64,000 nt of DNA from Camelus dromedarius. Its lineage: Eukaryota. Below, piece by piece: positions 51,087 through 64,000 of the stretch. The translations under genes and the position numbers were made by a program. The notes under the pieces are model-generated. The model had not been told where the DNA came from, searched no databases, and saw nothing but the letters and a program-made list of their open reading frames with translations. The DNA lies in the NCBI RefSeq assembly GCF_036321535.1, contig NC_087437.1, forward strand, positions 8,308,001-8,372,000. Direction: 5' to 3'. How positions within the stretch are numbered: position 1 is the stretch's first letter; every line of letters begins with the position of its first letter.

Positions 51087-54009
51087 GTAGAGGATTTAGT
51101 TCTTGATAAAATAATTTTTTGTCTAATAAAAATAATTTTTATACAGTTAATAGGGATGCGTTATACAGAAGGGCAGACACATAGTCACAATACATGTGGA
51201 AAAATCTATCTCCATTTGGAATGAAATTCTGCATTACTGCACCATAAATGCCTGATGTGGACTTAAGAGTGCAAGGAGAAAAGAATATTGAGGTCACAGT
51301 GAAGCACAAAATTGAAAATGAATCAGCAAGCAATGGAAGTAAATGAAGAATAAATTAACTGAGGATAAAACTGGAAGATGCTGGCCAATTGTTAGTAAGA
51401 TATATCTTGGTAATGTCCAGTGGTAAGGGATAAGTTGTTCATCAAAAGAAATTATCTCCCTTTAAATCAATAGCGTCTACCTGTAGTTTACTGATAGATT
51501 ACTATTAATTTTGCAACATGTGACCTTGCAATGAAGTTTATTTCTCACCTACTGTGAGATCAAATATAAGTTAAACACAAGACCCAACTTCATTAGCTTG
51601 GCAGTGAATAAGCGTAGCACTGAAGGGTTTTGCCTGACAGCTCTGGGCATGAATCCCAGTTTTGTTTCAGATGAGGTGTGTTGGGAAAATACTGCACTTT
51701 TCCAATCCTCAGTTTCCCTATACACAACTGGAGACAATAATGTTATTTACATTATGGAGTCATTGCAATGTTTGTAGAAAACAGAGTATGTTTCCATGTA
51801 GACAAGAGCACCAGACACACGGCAAGGGCTTAGTAAGTGGCGGCTGCAATTACTGTTACAAAATGAGTGACCCAACCTGTCCGGATCTGTTCTAAGGAGT
51901 ACAGTGGGGGGAACTTGATCTTGACTGATTCCCTCACTAAGCAATCAATAAACAATGGGAGGAGCAAGGTAAAGAACTGACACATTACTGGGGACACTAT
52001 CAAAGGGATATACATTATTTAGCAAGGAAAAGAAAGCCTGATATCTGTCCTAGTATTTTAAATAATATTAAAAAGGATTTGAAGAATTATGGAAAGGACA
52101 CTTCTATGTATTTGCAGTGATTGAAAAAAAAAATTGACATGCATGTAGACTGCATTAGGAGGTATTTGGAATAAAATGGAAACTTGATATGAACCACTGA
52201 AATGAATTTATGTGACAATTTTAAGAATCTCTTTCTCTGGAGAGTTTGTAGTTTATATTACTTAGGTGGGTTGAAGACCCTGAGGATTAGAACTCTTAAC
52301 CTTGAGGTTAATTCCACCAATACAATATTTTTTTGTCTAATGGCAAAAATGTAATATTCTCAATATAAAATTTGACTAAGAATAGAGATACTTGTAGATT
52401 AAAATGAACAATGAGCTTTTTCACTTGAGATAATATGAACAACTCTGGACTGCTATAAAACTGTAAACTTTAGTCTTCAGGGGAACATAAAAAGGAGACA
52501 AAGGCCCCTTGGTAGTAGTGTGGCTATAAATTCACACTGTGTGGTTTGTGTAACTAAATGCTTTCAACCTGGGGTTTGAAAAAGTAGCCTCTGGGATAAA
52601 GATCAGAAGTTTCTATAAGTGGATTTGGCTAACAATTTAACATAGAAACATGTGGTAACAGATTTAGACCCTGGAATACAACGTGGAGACAAATTCCAGG
52701 TGCAAAGCAATTTGAAGTTTGCAGCTGAACATTTCTGAAATCACTAAAGAGCAGGCTTGATGAAAGAGTCAAGGGAAGTAGCTTCATGGGCATGTGCTTT
52801 TATTTCCCTGTAAGTAAACTTCTCATCGAGAACGTCATTGATTCCACACAGCAAGACCGCACCCGAAGTTGTTGGCGTGCCTTGTGCAATGATGTAGATA
52901 TTACTATGTGAAAAGGGAAGATATTGGAGCCTAACATCTTAAACACACAAACGGTATATTAGATTTGGCAACACAGTTGAACTCAAGGGCATTTTGGCAA
53001 ACTGGAAGTGGCAGACAAATTATAGGCCCAGGAGCATCTGTAAAAATCTATGAAATGTGTCTGTGGTTAGAATTCAATCACGCGCTCGGGTGGAAAACTG
53101 GCAGAAGCAACGTCGGGTAGTCAACATTTGTTGAGCACCCTTTACGTAGGCAGTGAGAGCTGGCATGAGGTGGAATGAGGTCTGTGTAACCTGCGAGTGG
53201 GTGTGCAATCACCACGCGGAGGCGTCTGAGGGCCTGTCAGTTTGCATGCGGCCCAGGTTGCCGAACCAGCGGTAAAGAGTGCCTGTGAGCCGGGCACTAC
53301 TCATTCCGACTGCAGGCACTCTTCTTACCATCATGGAAATATCTAAAAATAGTAAAACTTTAGAAGTGAATCTGTCTGTGTTTAAACATGAACACTTTTT
53401 TTTTTTTGGCCTTTTTTTGGTCTCTGTGTCATGTGGTCCAAAGACCACCTTCATGTACCCCGTTTAATATTTATTTATATAACAAATATTGTCAGAATTG
53501 ATTCACTTTTTCACTTTCTTTTTCGTATGTGGAAAGCTAATATCACTAGTCACAAATACTTGGTACTCAAACATAAAAACAATGGAAATTTAAAGTGTCA
53601 CTTAAATATAAAAACAATGGAATTAAAAGAAGTGTCCTTAAAGTCTAGCTTCCTTCTGTGGCTCGTTGAAACCTCTTGTTCTGAGGTGTACTCTCTGTTA
53701 ATGTAAGTGTAAAAAATGCCTATACACTTTTACCCAGAAAATGTACATACTTCTGTGAATCTATACTGGAGATTTGCTTATGCTGTGCCTTGACTTATGT
53801 GCTAGGCTACTTACTGAAGCATTGTTTGACACAACAAAAATCAGAATAAAATAAATGCTCATTGATAGTGATTAGTAAAAAGTTATGTTGTGTCCATACA
53901 CTAGAATGTAATGCAGCTGTTAAAACTCTGTGGAAGATTTTATGGAAAGTAGACTGTGATGTGAAAGAAAATTCATTGGTAATTTACACACAAACCCATC
54001 ATTTTCCCC

Positions 54010-54585
54010 CTTTTTTACAAGTGAAGTATAGTCAGTTTACAATGCTGTGTCAATTTCTGGTGCATAGCATCATGTTTCAGTCATACATATACACACATAT
54101 ATTCGTTTTCATATTCTATTTCATTACAGGTTACTATAAGATATTGACTATAGCTCCTTGTGCTATACAGTAGGACCTTGTTGTTCATCTATTTTATATA
54201 TAGTAGTTAGTATCTGCAGATAATGGACTTCCAATTTATCCCTTTCCACCCGCTTTTCCTCCTGGTAACCATAAGTTTGCTCTCTATGTCTCTGAGTCTG
54301 ATTCTGTTTTGTAAATAAGTTCATTTGTGTCTTTTTTAGATATGAGTGATATTATATGGTATTTTTCTTTCTCTTTCTGATTTACTTCACTTAGAATGGC
54401 AATCTCCAGATCCATCCATGTTACTGCAAATGGCATTATTTCACTCTTTTTTATGGCTGAGTAGTATTCCATTGTGTAAATATACCACATCTTCTTTATC
54501 CAGTCATCTGTTGATGGACATTCAGGTTGCTTCCATGGTTTGGCTATTGTAAATAGTGCTGCTATGAACATTGGGGTGCATGGGT
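54010..54585 (-). mobile_element. L1 3' end fragment
   Basis: ORF 54284..54571 MFIAALFTIAKPWKQPECPSTDDWIKKMW is the L1 ORF2 C-terminus. Confidence 0.95.
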
Positions 54586-55105
54586 TTTTATTTGTTTATT
54601 ATACATATAGAAATCTCTGGAAGGATTTACAAAAACACAGCGACAGTGGTTGTATCCTATGGGAAGAAGTGGGCAGATGGCTGGGGCAGAGCAGAAGGGA
54701 GTCTAACTTTTCACCGTGGGTGGTTTTGGACCCTTTCCATCACAGACTGGCAGTTAAGAGCACGGGCTAGCTTGTCTGGGGTCAAATACTTGCTCTGCCA
54801 CCTATCAGCTGTGTTACCTTGAGCAAGTCAATTTCCTTCCATCTTAGTTTTTTAACCTGTAGAATGGGGATATTGACTATATTTACCTCACAGAATTATA
54901 ATGCAGGTGAAACAAAATATGTGAAAAGTGGTTAGAACAGTGCCTGGCATGCAGCAAAGCTACGTAAACTTTCGCCATTATTTTCATTGCTGTTCCATGT
55001 GCATATTTGATCAAATGAAAACACACACACTTTTGAAAAAGAGGTTTCCCTAGCAAGAATGGACAACTGTGGCTTTGTATATATGATAATCAGAAGGAAT
55101 GAAAT

Positions 55106-55331
55106 ACAGCCAGCCCTGCCCAGGATGCCAACCAAACCCGTGGAATCAGGGCTGACTATTCATTTTATGGCTGTACTCGTAGGACTGCATTGATCATATA
55201 TAAGGAACTTGAGCATCCATGGATTTTGATATCTGCGGATTCCCATATACACAGATTTCAGTATTTGCAGTGGGGGAGGGCTGTGGGGGGGCTCCCGGAA
55301 CCAACCCCCTGCAAATAGCAAAGGACGACCA
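55106..55331. mobile_element. MER2-like Tigger-derived element
   Basis: gaacttgagcatccatggattttgatatctgcgg...ggaaccaaccccctgcaaatagcaaaggacgac. Confidence 0.7.
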
Positions 55332-58300
55332 TAGAACCTAAAGGAAACTAACCGCCTCACTCGAATATTCAATGTTATTTAGTGTTAGGTCTGCATAGCA
55401 CCTACAATTGTTTTAAAAAAGAATCCCTACTTCTAGAAACTCTTCATAAAAGCGCCAATACTGATGGATACCCCATTCTGCATAGATCAGTCCTTTGCTC
55501 CATTTCTGAACACATGACTGTGAGAATTTTTGTTATTTGCTTCCTTTCCTTTCCTTCCTCTTTTTTCTTTCTTTCCTTCCTTTTCCCTTCTTTCTTAACT
55601 AGCAACCTCCATATTTTCTGGTCCAGTGTTTTTTACCCTTAGTATCAGAGCTCACTGGAAGCTTATAAAATCAATTTAGTAGGTTAAAAAAAGAGGAAAC
55701 AACAGAAAAGAATAGACTAGAAAATGCCAAAGTATTTACCACAGTAAAGCTAAATATTGTTTCTAGTGTCAACCTTTGCATAGAGGTCAGGAGAATGAGC
55801 TGAGTGGGTTTTGCCAGAACCGGTGGTCCAGGAGTCAGGAAGTTTCATCAGTTATCAGAGGGGAGGTCTAGTGATGAAAGCTCAAGTGTGGAGCAGCAGA
55901 CAGGAAAGAGGTGATGTCTGAATGTTAGAAAGGTACAGAGAAGTTGCCAATTTCATATAACCACACACCACCTCCCTCAGTCTGAAAATAAACTCTCCTG
56001 AATCAGAAGCAAGTATTATCTAAGTATGATCATCCATCATCCACCAAACCCATCTTCTATTTATCTATTTATTCATCCATTTAAGGGGATGTTGTGTATC
56101 TCTTTTAAGGCATCATTTAAACTTTTGATAATTAGGGTGGGATATTATTTTCATATGCAGTTTTATATTATCTGTGATTCATCTATAAAGTAATCCTGAA
56201 ATAAACGTTTTGCCTCTTCCTCCCCGGCCAAAAAAAAAAAAAAAAGAAAAAGAAAAAGAAAAAGTTTGAAAACTGTCACTTATTTCTGAAAAACCAGTAG
56301 CAATTCCCCACATTCAGGAGACAATGGTGAAAGAAGTATGTGTTTGAGGATGACTTTCACATCCAACTAGGTAGTCCCTGGAGCAGGTTGGAATCTCCAG
56401 TAATCCTGGAACTGACCCAGCCGTCCAAGGCCCAGAGTGATCTCTGGCCCGTGGACCCCAGAAGCCTCAAGAAATAATGAAAGAACCAGAAAGAGTATTA
56501 GAATTTATCAACCAGAGGTTTGGGTCTATGACTGGGAAATAGGAAACGAAAGACCCAGAAACTATATACAATTGATTGGTTTCTCCCTGAAATGAGGAGG
56601 TGCCCAGTAGCCCAACACGATTAAAACAAGTTCTCTTATTTTAATATGTTCTCACATTTAATACGGCTGTCTGTTTTATTGTCTCCTGTGGGATATCAAA
56701 ATTTCTTGTCCTATATTTTTGAATGCTTAAAAACCTAGGTGCATTTAAGTATTTCTTATATTCCTCCGTGTATTAGATTCAATTTTCTCTGTGTAAAAAC
56801 TTTGGATTTCTCTCCTAATCACAAGAAAAATTGGAGAAACATTAGTGAAGGGAGAAAAATACAAAGAACCTAAAATTATACAATAGATGCTACCAGAGAT
56901 TAGGAAATTTAGAGAACTAAAAGGAAGAAAAGTAAAATTTACTCATAATGTCACCACTGAGCAATAAATGCTGTTCATTGTGGTTTTCCTTCTAGTTTGT
57001 GTGTGCGTGCGTGCGTGCGTGTGTGTGCATGTACAGATATGTAGATCATTTCCGGTTTTTGCTGTCACTAACAATTTGACAAGTGGTCATATATATAAAT
57101 CTTCACCAATATACAGACAAGTGGAAATGACCATTCTAAAGGCCCTTTTGCTCCATTGCCACATCTCTTTCCAGGAGGCTTGTCTAACTTACATTCTCAT
57201 CAGCCCTGGTTATTACCATTTGGATATTTGCAAATATAATGGCAAAACGTATTATTTTTTTAACTTAAAAGTATATTTGTTAACCAGTTTAATTTCTCTT
57301 GGGGTTGTTTGCTCATGTACTTTGCCTTGGTTCCTATCGCCTATGAATGATTCTGCATTAATTCTTGTATCTTGATTAAATCAACAAAGTCAGGCCTTAA
57401 CCTTTTCCCTCTTATATTGTGACAAATAACTTTCCAGACATTTCTTTTAACCTTTCAATTATTTTGGAGTTTTTAGACAGAAGTTCTAAATTTTTCTCCA
57501 AACTTTTTTAAAAATTGTTTTTCATAGTTTTTTTTTTTTGTGTGTGTGTGATTGTTATTCTTAGGTATCCTGTGATCAGATAAGTGTGTGTGATTGTTAT
57601 TCTTAGAAATTCCTCTTATATCCTGTGATCAGGTAAGTATTTACTTATATTCTTGTTTGGTTTTGAAGAAAAATGGTTTATTTTAAATGTTGAGTTGTAC
57701 ACTCCAGTTAGAATTTACTTTGCTTTGTTGCTTTGGGTAATAATCTAAACTTGATTTCCTATCAAGCCCATAATTAACTTACTGATTTAGCACCATTTGC
57801 TGAATAATCCTTCTCCATTGATTGTGATACTGAATTCATCTGTTTTACTCTGTTTAATTGCTTCATCTACCTCTGTTTAATCTGTATTGTTTAGATTATT
57901 GTAGCTTTACTGTATGTTTTGATATCTGTTTGGAAACTTCCCTGCTCTTTGTTAGTTTATTTATTTACACCTTTACTTTGAAATAAGTTTAAATTCATAG
58001 AAGATTTCCAAGGAAAATACAGAAAGTTCCCTGATGTTCTTCACTCAACTTCCCTTACTATTAACATCTTTCATAACCATACGACAATTATTAAAACTAA
58101 GAAATTAACACAAGCATATTATTAGCTAGACTTCAGACTTTATTTGGATTTCCCCATTTCTGCCACTGATTCTCTCCTGTGTGGCTTGTCACAGCTTTCT
58201 GATAGACTTGAGAACCATTTTAACACTTTGTAGAAAGTATCTTACTGAGATATTGGTTAGAATTTTATTAAACATGTAGATGAATCTGTTCACATTGACA

Positions 58301-61300
58301 TCTCTATGATACTTAGGTTTCTAATCTAGGACTGTGGTATCTAGTTCTGTAACTAAGGGCTTCAGAAGCTGTCTCCAAACTTTCCATAGGCTATTCACTT
58401 CCTATTTTATTTTGGTTTCTGATTTTGTCATCTTTCATATCTCTCAGTAACAGTTAGTGTTTCCCCTCACTTAGGAACTACAAGTTGTGTGTTAAAGTTA
58501 TTTCTGGGTCATTAAAATTTTAAGTAGATAATCCTCTATTCATTATAATAATTTTGTTTTCTCCATTTAGGTGTCTTTGCTTCTTTTTTTCCTTATTGTT
58601 TTATTGACTTGCCTAGAATTTTCAAGATAATAGAAAATAACAGAAATAACAAATAACAGAAATGGTGATCTTATAATGCCCTTATTGAACTATCCTTGCA
58701 CTCCTGGGATGTAGGTGGAGAATCAGAGGAAGTGATGCCTTTTTTGGTCAAATGAAGAAAGAGAATGGATAGGCAGTCTTCAGTGCTATTTATAGTTCAA
58801 ATAAGAAGAGAAAAGTAGTCTTTGAATTTAGCAATGTGGAGGTCAAAAATGAAGGTGGCATGATTGAGGGTGGCCTGGTTGGAATGCTCTAAGAGAAAAT
58901 GAGAGAACTTGGGACACCAAGTATAGACAAGTTTTTCAGGAATTTTGCTTAAAAGGACGAAAGAAATAGGGTTGCACCTAGAGAATATGAGAAGAAACAG
59001 ACTATATTTTTTAGGGTGGGAGAAAACTATGAAGATTGGAGATAGCAAGTTTGTATGCTGACAGAAATAACCAAGTAGAGAGAAGAGTAGATGCAGAGAA
59101 GAGAGGAAAGGATTGTTGGAGAAATATCACCTTGCAGGGAGTGAAGGTAGTATACAAGTGTAGGGCTGGCCATTGCTGGGAGTTAGGTAATTCATCTGGG
59201 AAGAACAGAGTTTATGAACACAGATGTCGGCAGGTGGGTAAATGTGGTGGGAGCAGGTCATGGAAGATCTCTTCTGATTCCTTCTATATTTTTTTCATTC
59301 AGCTAAGAAAGAAGATGGGGCAGGACGAAGTATACTTTGCAGAGAGAACAGAAGGCATGGAGTAGTTGGCCGGGAAAGTGGGAGAATGGATGAACTATGG
59401 ACATGAGGCACTATTAGTGGGTTCCACAAAGGGCCCCCTAGAGTTGGTGGGAAGGAATTTAAGTTGGCCCTGGTCAGTCTGGTGGAGTGATTTTCTCCAT
59501 CAGCTTTCAGGTGCACGAGACTGTTGCAGCGTCACAACATTTAATCAAGGCTGGGGATATTCCAGGCAGTAAAAAGAAATGAAAGGACAAAGGAGAGATT
59601 GTGGAGACTGACAATGTAATTTCAGGTAAATTAGGGGAGAAGGGAGAGGGTTGAGAGTGAAAAGGATTGAAGAATTCTCAGTTGGTCAACTAACTGATCA
59701 CATGGCCAACTACATCTTTGATTTTGGTTCTGTTTGGAATATATGTTGAAATATGAGGGCAAACAGAGTTCTTGGGCCACTGCTGAAAGGAAATATCAGT
59801 CATACAGTAAAGGACCTCCGTCCAGTTCTCTGTTGGATGAGGACCTGGATCCACAAACTAGGCTCAGGCAATGTAGTCCCCAGTTTTAACATCCCAATCT
59901 GTAGAACTAGTAACTCCCAAAGGGAATATATCTGGAAGTCCATTCCTGAATGATAAACTATCTTTAGAAGGTTTCAGAATAATTTATTGAGAAACAATTT
60001 TCAGACATGATCAACAAATGATGAACACTTCAGCCGTCCCAGATAAAAGTGAGATTTTGAATGCAGAAAGTCAGAAACAGAAAGAAATGGAGAAAATTAG
60101 AGAGAGAAGAAAAATTAGGCTGTGGAAAATAAGAAACAGAGGTAAGTGTGCCGTAAATATTTGTATTTGGATCTTCTTGTGTTATGTAAGAAGAGATTGA
60201 CCATGGGTATGTGCAGGGGAGGTGAGTGGGTCAGCGACGGCAAACAGAGTAGGCAGAAGATACATCCTACAGGGAAACTTAAGAAATTGGAAAAGCTACC
60301 TTGTTACTGAACTAGATTTACCCCTGGGAGGAATGGAGGTGACAAAGTGAAAAACGGTGACAAGTTTCAACAGAGTATTACCCAGTAGATCATACGTATA
60401 TTTCATAATCACACATGCGCGCGTGGGCACACACACACATACATGCACAAAACTGGTGTTTGGGAGTTAGCCTGAAGATGGAATTACATCTTTTTTCTTG
60501 AGCTTCCTAGCTTTGCCAGGTTTCATGGAATTTTAATCAAGATCCAGATACCCCAGCCATAATTTTTAGACAGCTTCTGTTAAAAATATCAATCTATATG
60601 TTTAATGAATTCAAACCCATTTCTTTGAAAGTAATGCCTGTTTTATTCCCAGTGTTTATGTTTTGTAAAACACAGACATGACCAATAATTATCGTAAAAT
60701 ACTTTAACTCTGAATGTCACTGGCTCCACTGAATAATAGAAAAGTTATCTAATTGTTGTGATTACTTCCAAGGAGTACCCTTCTCCCCCAACCCCCATCT
60801 TTTGGAGTATTTTTATTCTGTTGAACTTTTTAGAATACATGCAAAACATGCTGTTAGTTATTTATCTTTAAATCTTGATCTGGTGATTTTTTGGTATTAT
60901 ATACGGAATCTAACTAGCAAATTGTATATTATTTGATGGCTTTTGTATTGAACTTTTTGCTTAACATATTTTTTTGGGGGGGTAATTTTAAGTGGCAAAT
61001 TATTTTTAAAACCCTCAATTATATATTCATGCTTAAGCATTTTAAGGGGAAAACAGATGGCATATTTTCCCAGGGAAAGTTGTACACCTTCTATGTTTCA
61101 GATTCTAAAATACACATAAAATACACATATAGAGGGAATCAGAAGAGATCCTTTAAAATACACATAAAATGATGGAAAATCAGATTTAAATAATAAAAAA
61201 TTACACTTACAGTATAGATGCATTTTTCTGGGTGTGATTGATTGCAATTTCAGGTAAAAGCCAACTGTTATTTAAAATAATCCCCTCTCTGAAGGGTCTT

Positions 61301-63451
61301 ATAATATGCTTATTTGAAGTCTGATTCAACTATCTTCAACACAAGAAGGAAAATATAAATCAAGTATATAACACTGCAGTAGCAAAAAATACAATTCTAG
61401 AAATGTGACAATAGATAAATTATTGTCACACGGTTGCAGGGGAAACATGTGAGCAGGGAAGTTATGAGAAGAATTCACAAATGCAGTGGATGTTTCTGGG
61501 AATCACATGGCCAAATATTGCAGAGTCAAATTTATTTCCCAGGATAACTTTATTTTCTGTTTACTGCCCACTCTTCAATTTCTGAAATCATTAGAATGAG
61601 GCTTAAATGCTATAAGAATGACTTTTAAACTAGCTATTGTTATAAAAGAGTCTAAAATAAATGGAAATTGAATTTCCTCATTTTTTCCCCCCATGTTGAA
61701 TGTTGTTAAATTTGACCAGGTCAAAACCTGGGGATTTGGGGCTTCCTCAGGCTGTTTGATTATTGAACCTATATGATGGTTTATGATTTTTCAAATGTTG
61801 CCACAAATTATATGGCTCTGATTTCAGTGAAAATGTTTGAAAATCTAGGGTGATCTAGGCTGATTTTGTTTAAACTATCTCCTCAATATTTATTAAATCA
61901 GCCATCATTATACATTGCAAAAAATCCCAGAGTGTTACACCAGAAAGTCATTTTCAGAATAATCACCTTGGAAGAGTCTATGTTTGTATTTGTGTTGCTC
62001 AAATTATTTTTAGAATTGCATGTATTCATGCATGTGTGTAATGATCTTTTGAGAAGATTCAGTGTAGATTCAGGCAAACATTTATTCTGAGGATAAATTT
62101 TTTAAAAAAATATAACTTTTTGCCTGATTATAAAAGTAGGAAAAGTTTATCTTAAAAATATTGAAAAGTGATAACCTTTTATATAGTGGGAAAGAATCTT
62201 TGGAATCCAAAGAGACCCACACCAAAACACATTATAATTAAAATGTCAAGTGTTAAGGACAAGGAGAGGCTATTAAAAACAAGAGGAAAACAACTTGTTA
62301 ACATACAAGGAAATCCTCATAAGACTATCAATAGATTTTTCAGCAAAACTCTGCAGGAGTGGCACATTGTATTTAAGGTACTGAAAGTAAAAACAGCCAG
62401 AGGGTAGAGGACCATAGATTCCAGGAAAAGAGAATGTTTCAATTGTGATGGAGAAATCAGGGATGTAAAATGCATTGATGAAGCCAGCAAGCTAAGAATG
62501 GAAAGGTACAATGTTTATCAACATAATTGTTTTCTAACTTTTGTGAGACTAGGGTCAGTAGGGAAGTGTTGAGCAGGATAAATTGTGTAAGATAAATGGG
62601 GGCTGAGTGGGAGATACACACGTGGAAACCATGAATGGAGAAACATTTTTCAAAAGGCTTGGCTTTGAAAGGAAGGGAAAAGGAAAGAAATGACAGAGAA
62701 GGTTGACATAGGGTTTTCCTTTTGACCAAGAGTGACTTCAGCCTGCTTAAACAGGAAGGAATCTGTGGAATGGGAATGTTAAGGACTTAGGAAAAGGAGG
62801 TAAAGACAATTGATGAATGGAGACATCTGAGGAAGCCAGGATGTACCAGACTTATCTCAGAGACAAGGAAGCCGATATCTGCTCCAACAGGAGGAAAGAA
62901 GCCAAGTTGGCTGTACATTTTGAACTGAGGAAGGAGATGACATCTGAGTACGTTCCCAAGTGATGAATCCTCTTTTTTCTGTGACGTAGGAGATGGTTTC
63001 ATGACCCAAGATTAAGGAAGCAGGTGGAGGGTGAGAAGCTTGCAGTGAGTGGAGGTGTTTTGAAAGAGTCATGCTAGGAAACAGGGGAAAGAATTTTCTA
63101 GAACAAATATGATTGTTGGATAGAGCTGAAAACCCATTTGTCCTGGGAACTGTGAATTGGTAGTGACACCAATCTATGAAAAATGAGCCAGCTAAGCATG
63201 CTGTGAGGGCCAGTACCTCGACTGTCTTGTTCACCAATATATCTTCCAAATCTACCAGAGAACCTGGCACATAATAGGTACTCTAAAATATTTTTTCATT
63301 TTCTCTGAAGGTACTCAACTTGATATAGGAGAAGAGACAGCAGAATACTGGCATGAGATAGAGGGTTTTTCCCCCTTAAATCTGAGTGTTTTATATTACT
63401 GGATGCACTAGAATGTATTTCTAAAGGTAGTTACAGAATCCAGTGTATTTG

Positions 63452-64000
63452 GTTGCTGGAGAGGATGTGGAGAAAAGGGAACCCTCCTACACTGTTAGTG
63501 GGAATGTAAATTGGTGCAGCCATTATGGAGAAAAGTATGGAGATTCCTTAAAAAACTAAAAATAGAGTTACCCTATGATCCAGCAATCCCACTCTTGGGC
63601 ACATATCCAGAGGAAGCTTTAATTAGAAAAGATATAGGCACCCCAATGTTCATAGCAGTACTATTTAAAATAGCCAAGACATGGCAACAACCTAAATGAC
63701 CATGGACAGGTGATTGGATAAAGAAGCTGTGGTATATTTATACAATGGAATAGTACTCATCCAAAAAAAGAATAAAATAATGCTATTTGCAGCAACATAG
63801 ATGGTCTTGGAGATTGTCATACTAAGTGATGTAAGCCAGAAAGAGAAAGAAAAACACCATATGGTATCATTTATATGTGAAATCTAAAAAAATGAGACAA
63901 ATGAACTTATTACCAAACAAACAGACTCAGATATAGAAAACAAACTTATGGTTAATGGGGGGAAGGAGGGTGGGAAGGGATAAATTTGGAGTTTGGGATT
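63452..64000 (+). mobile_element. L1 3' portion; runs off the window end
   Basis: ORF 63511..63699 [29 protein letters not shown]. Confidence 0.95.

Noticed and set aside
1..64000. CRISPR array or prokaryotic-type system
   Set aside because: The sequence is mammalian and has no regularly spaced repeat-spacer array or operon structure.

Overview
This is mammalian, repeat-rich genomic DNA, probably camelid judging by a recurring tRNA-derived SINE that resembles the Vic-1 type (inference). The one intact protein-coding gene is SGO1 (Shugoshin 1), complete on the minus strand. It has a CpG-island promoter at about 18.0-18.96 kb, a non-coding exon 1, and seven coding exons that I spliced by hand with GT-AG junctions into a 1599-nt CDS (532 aa), plus a poly(A) signal at 5372-5377. 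Upstream on the same strand is a decayed, intronless retrocopy of the nuclear receptor NR2C2/TR4 (about 22.0-23.65 kb), and next to it a possible second, unidentified retrocopy. The rest is intergenic sequence with L1, SINE, MIR/L2, DNA-transposon and solo-LTR insertions, several nested with readable target-site duplications (TSDs). I found no convincing new biological system. The best leads are an apparent loss of the KEN box and a weakened HP1-binding motif in SGO1, a candidate alternative 3' exon, the truncated NR2C2 retrocopy, and the LTR/L1 nesting cluster at 31-40 kb. Repeat family names and human protein comparisons are recalled from memory, not searched.
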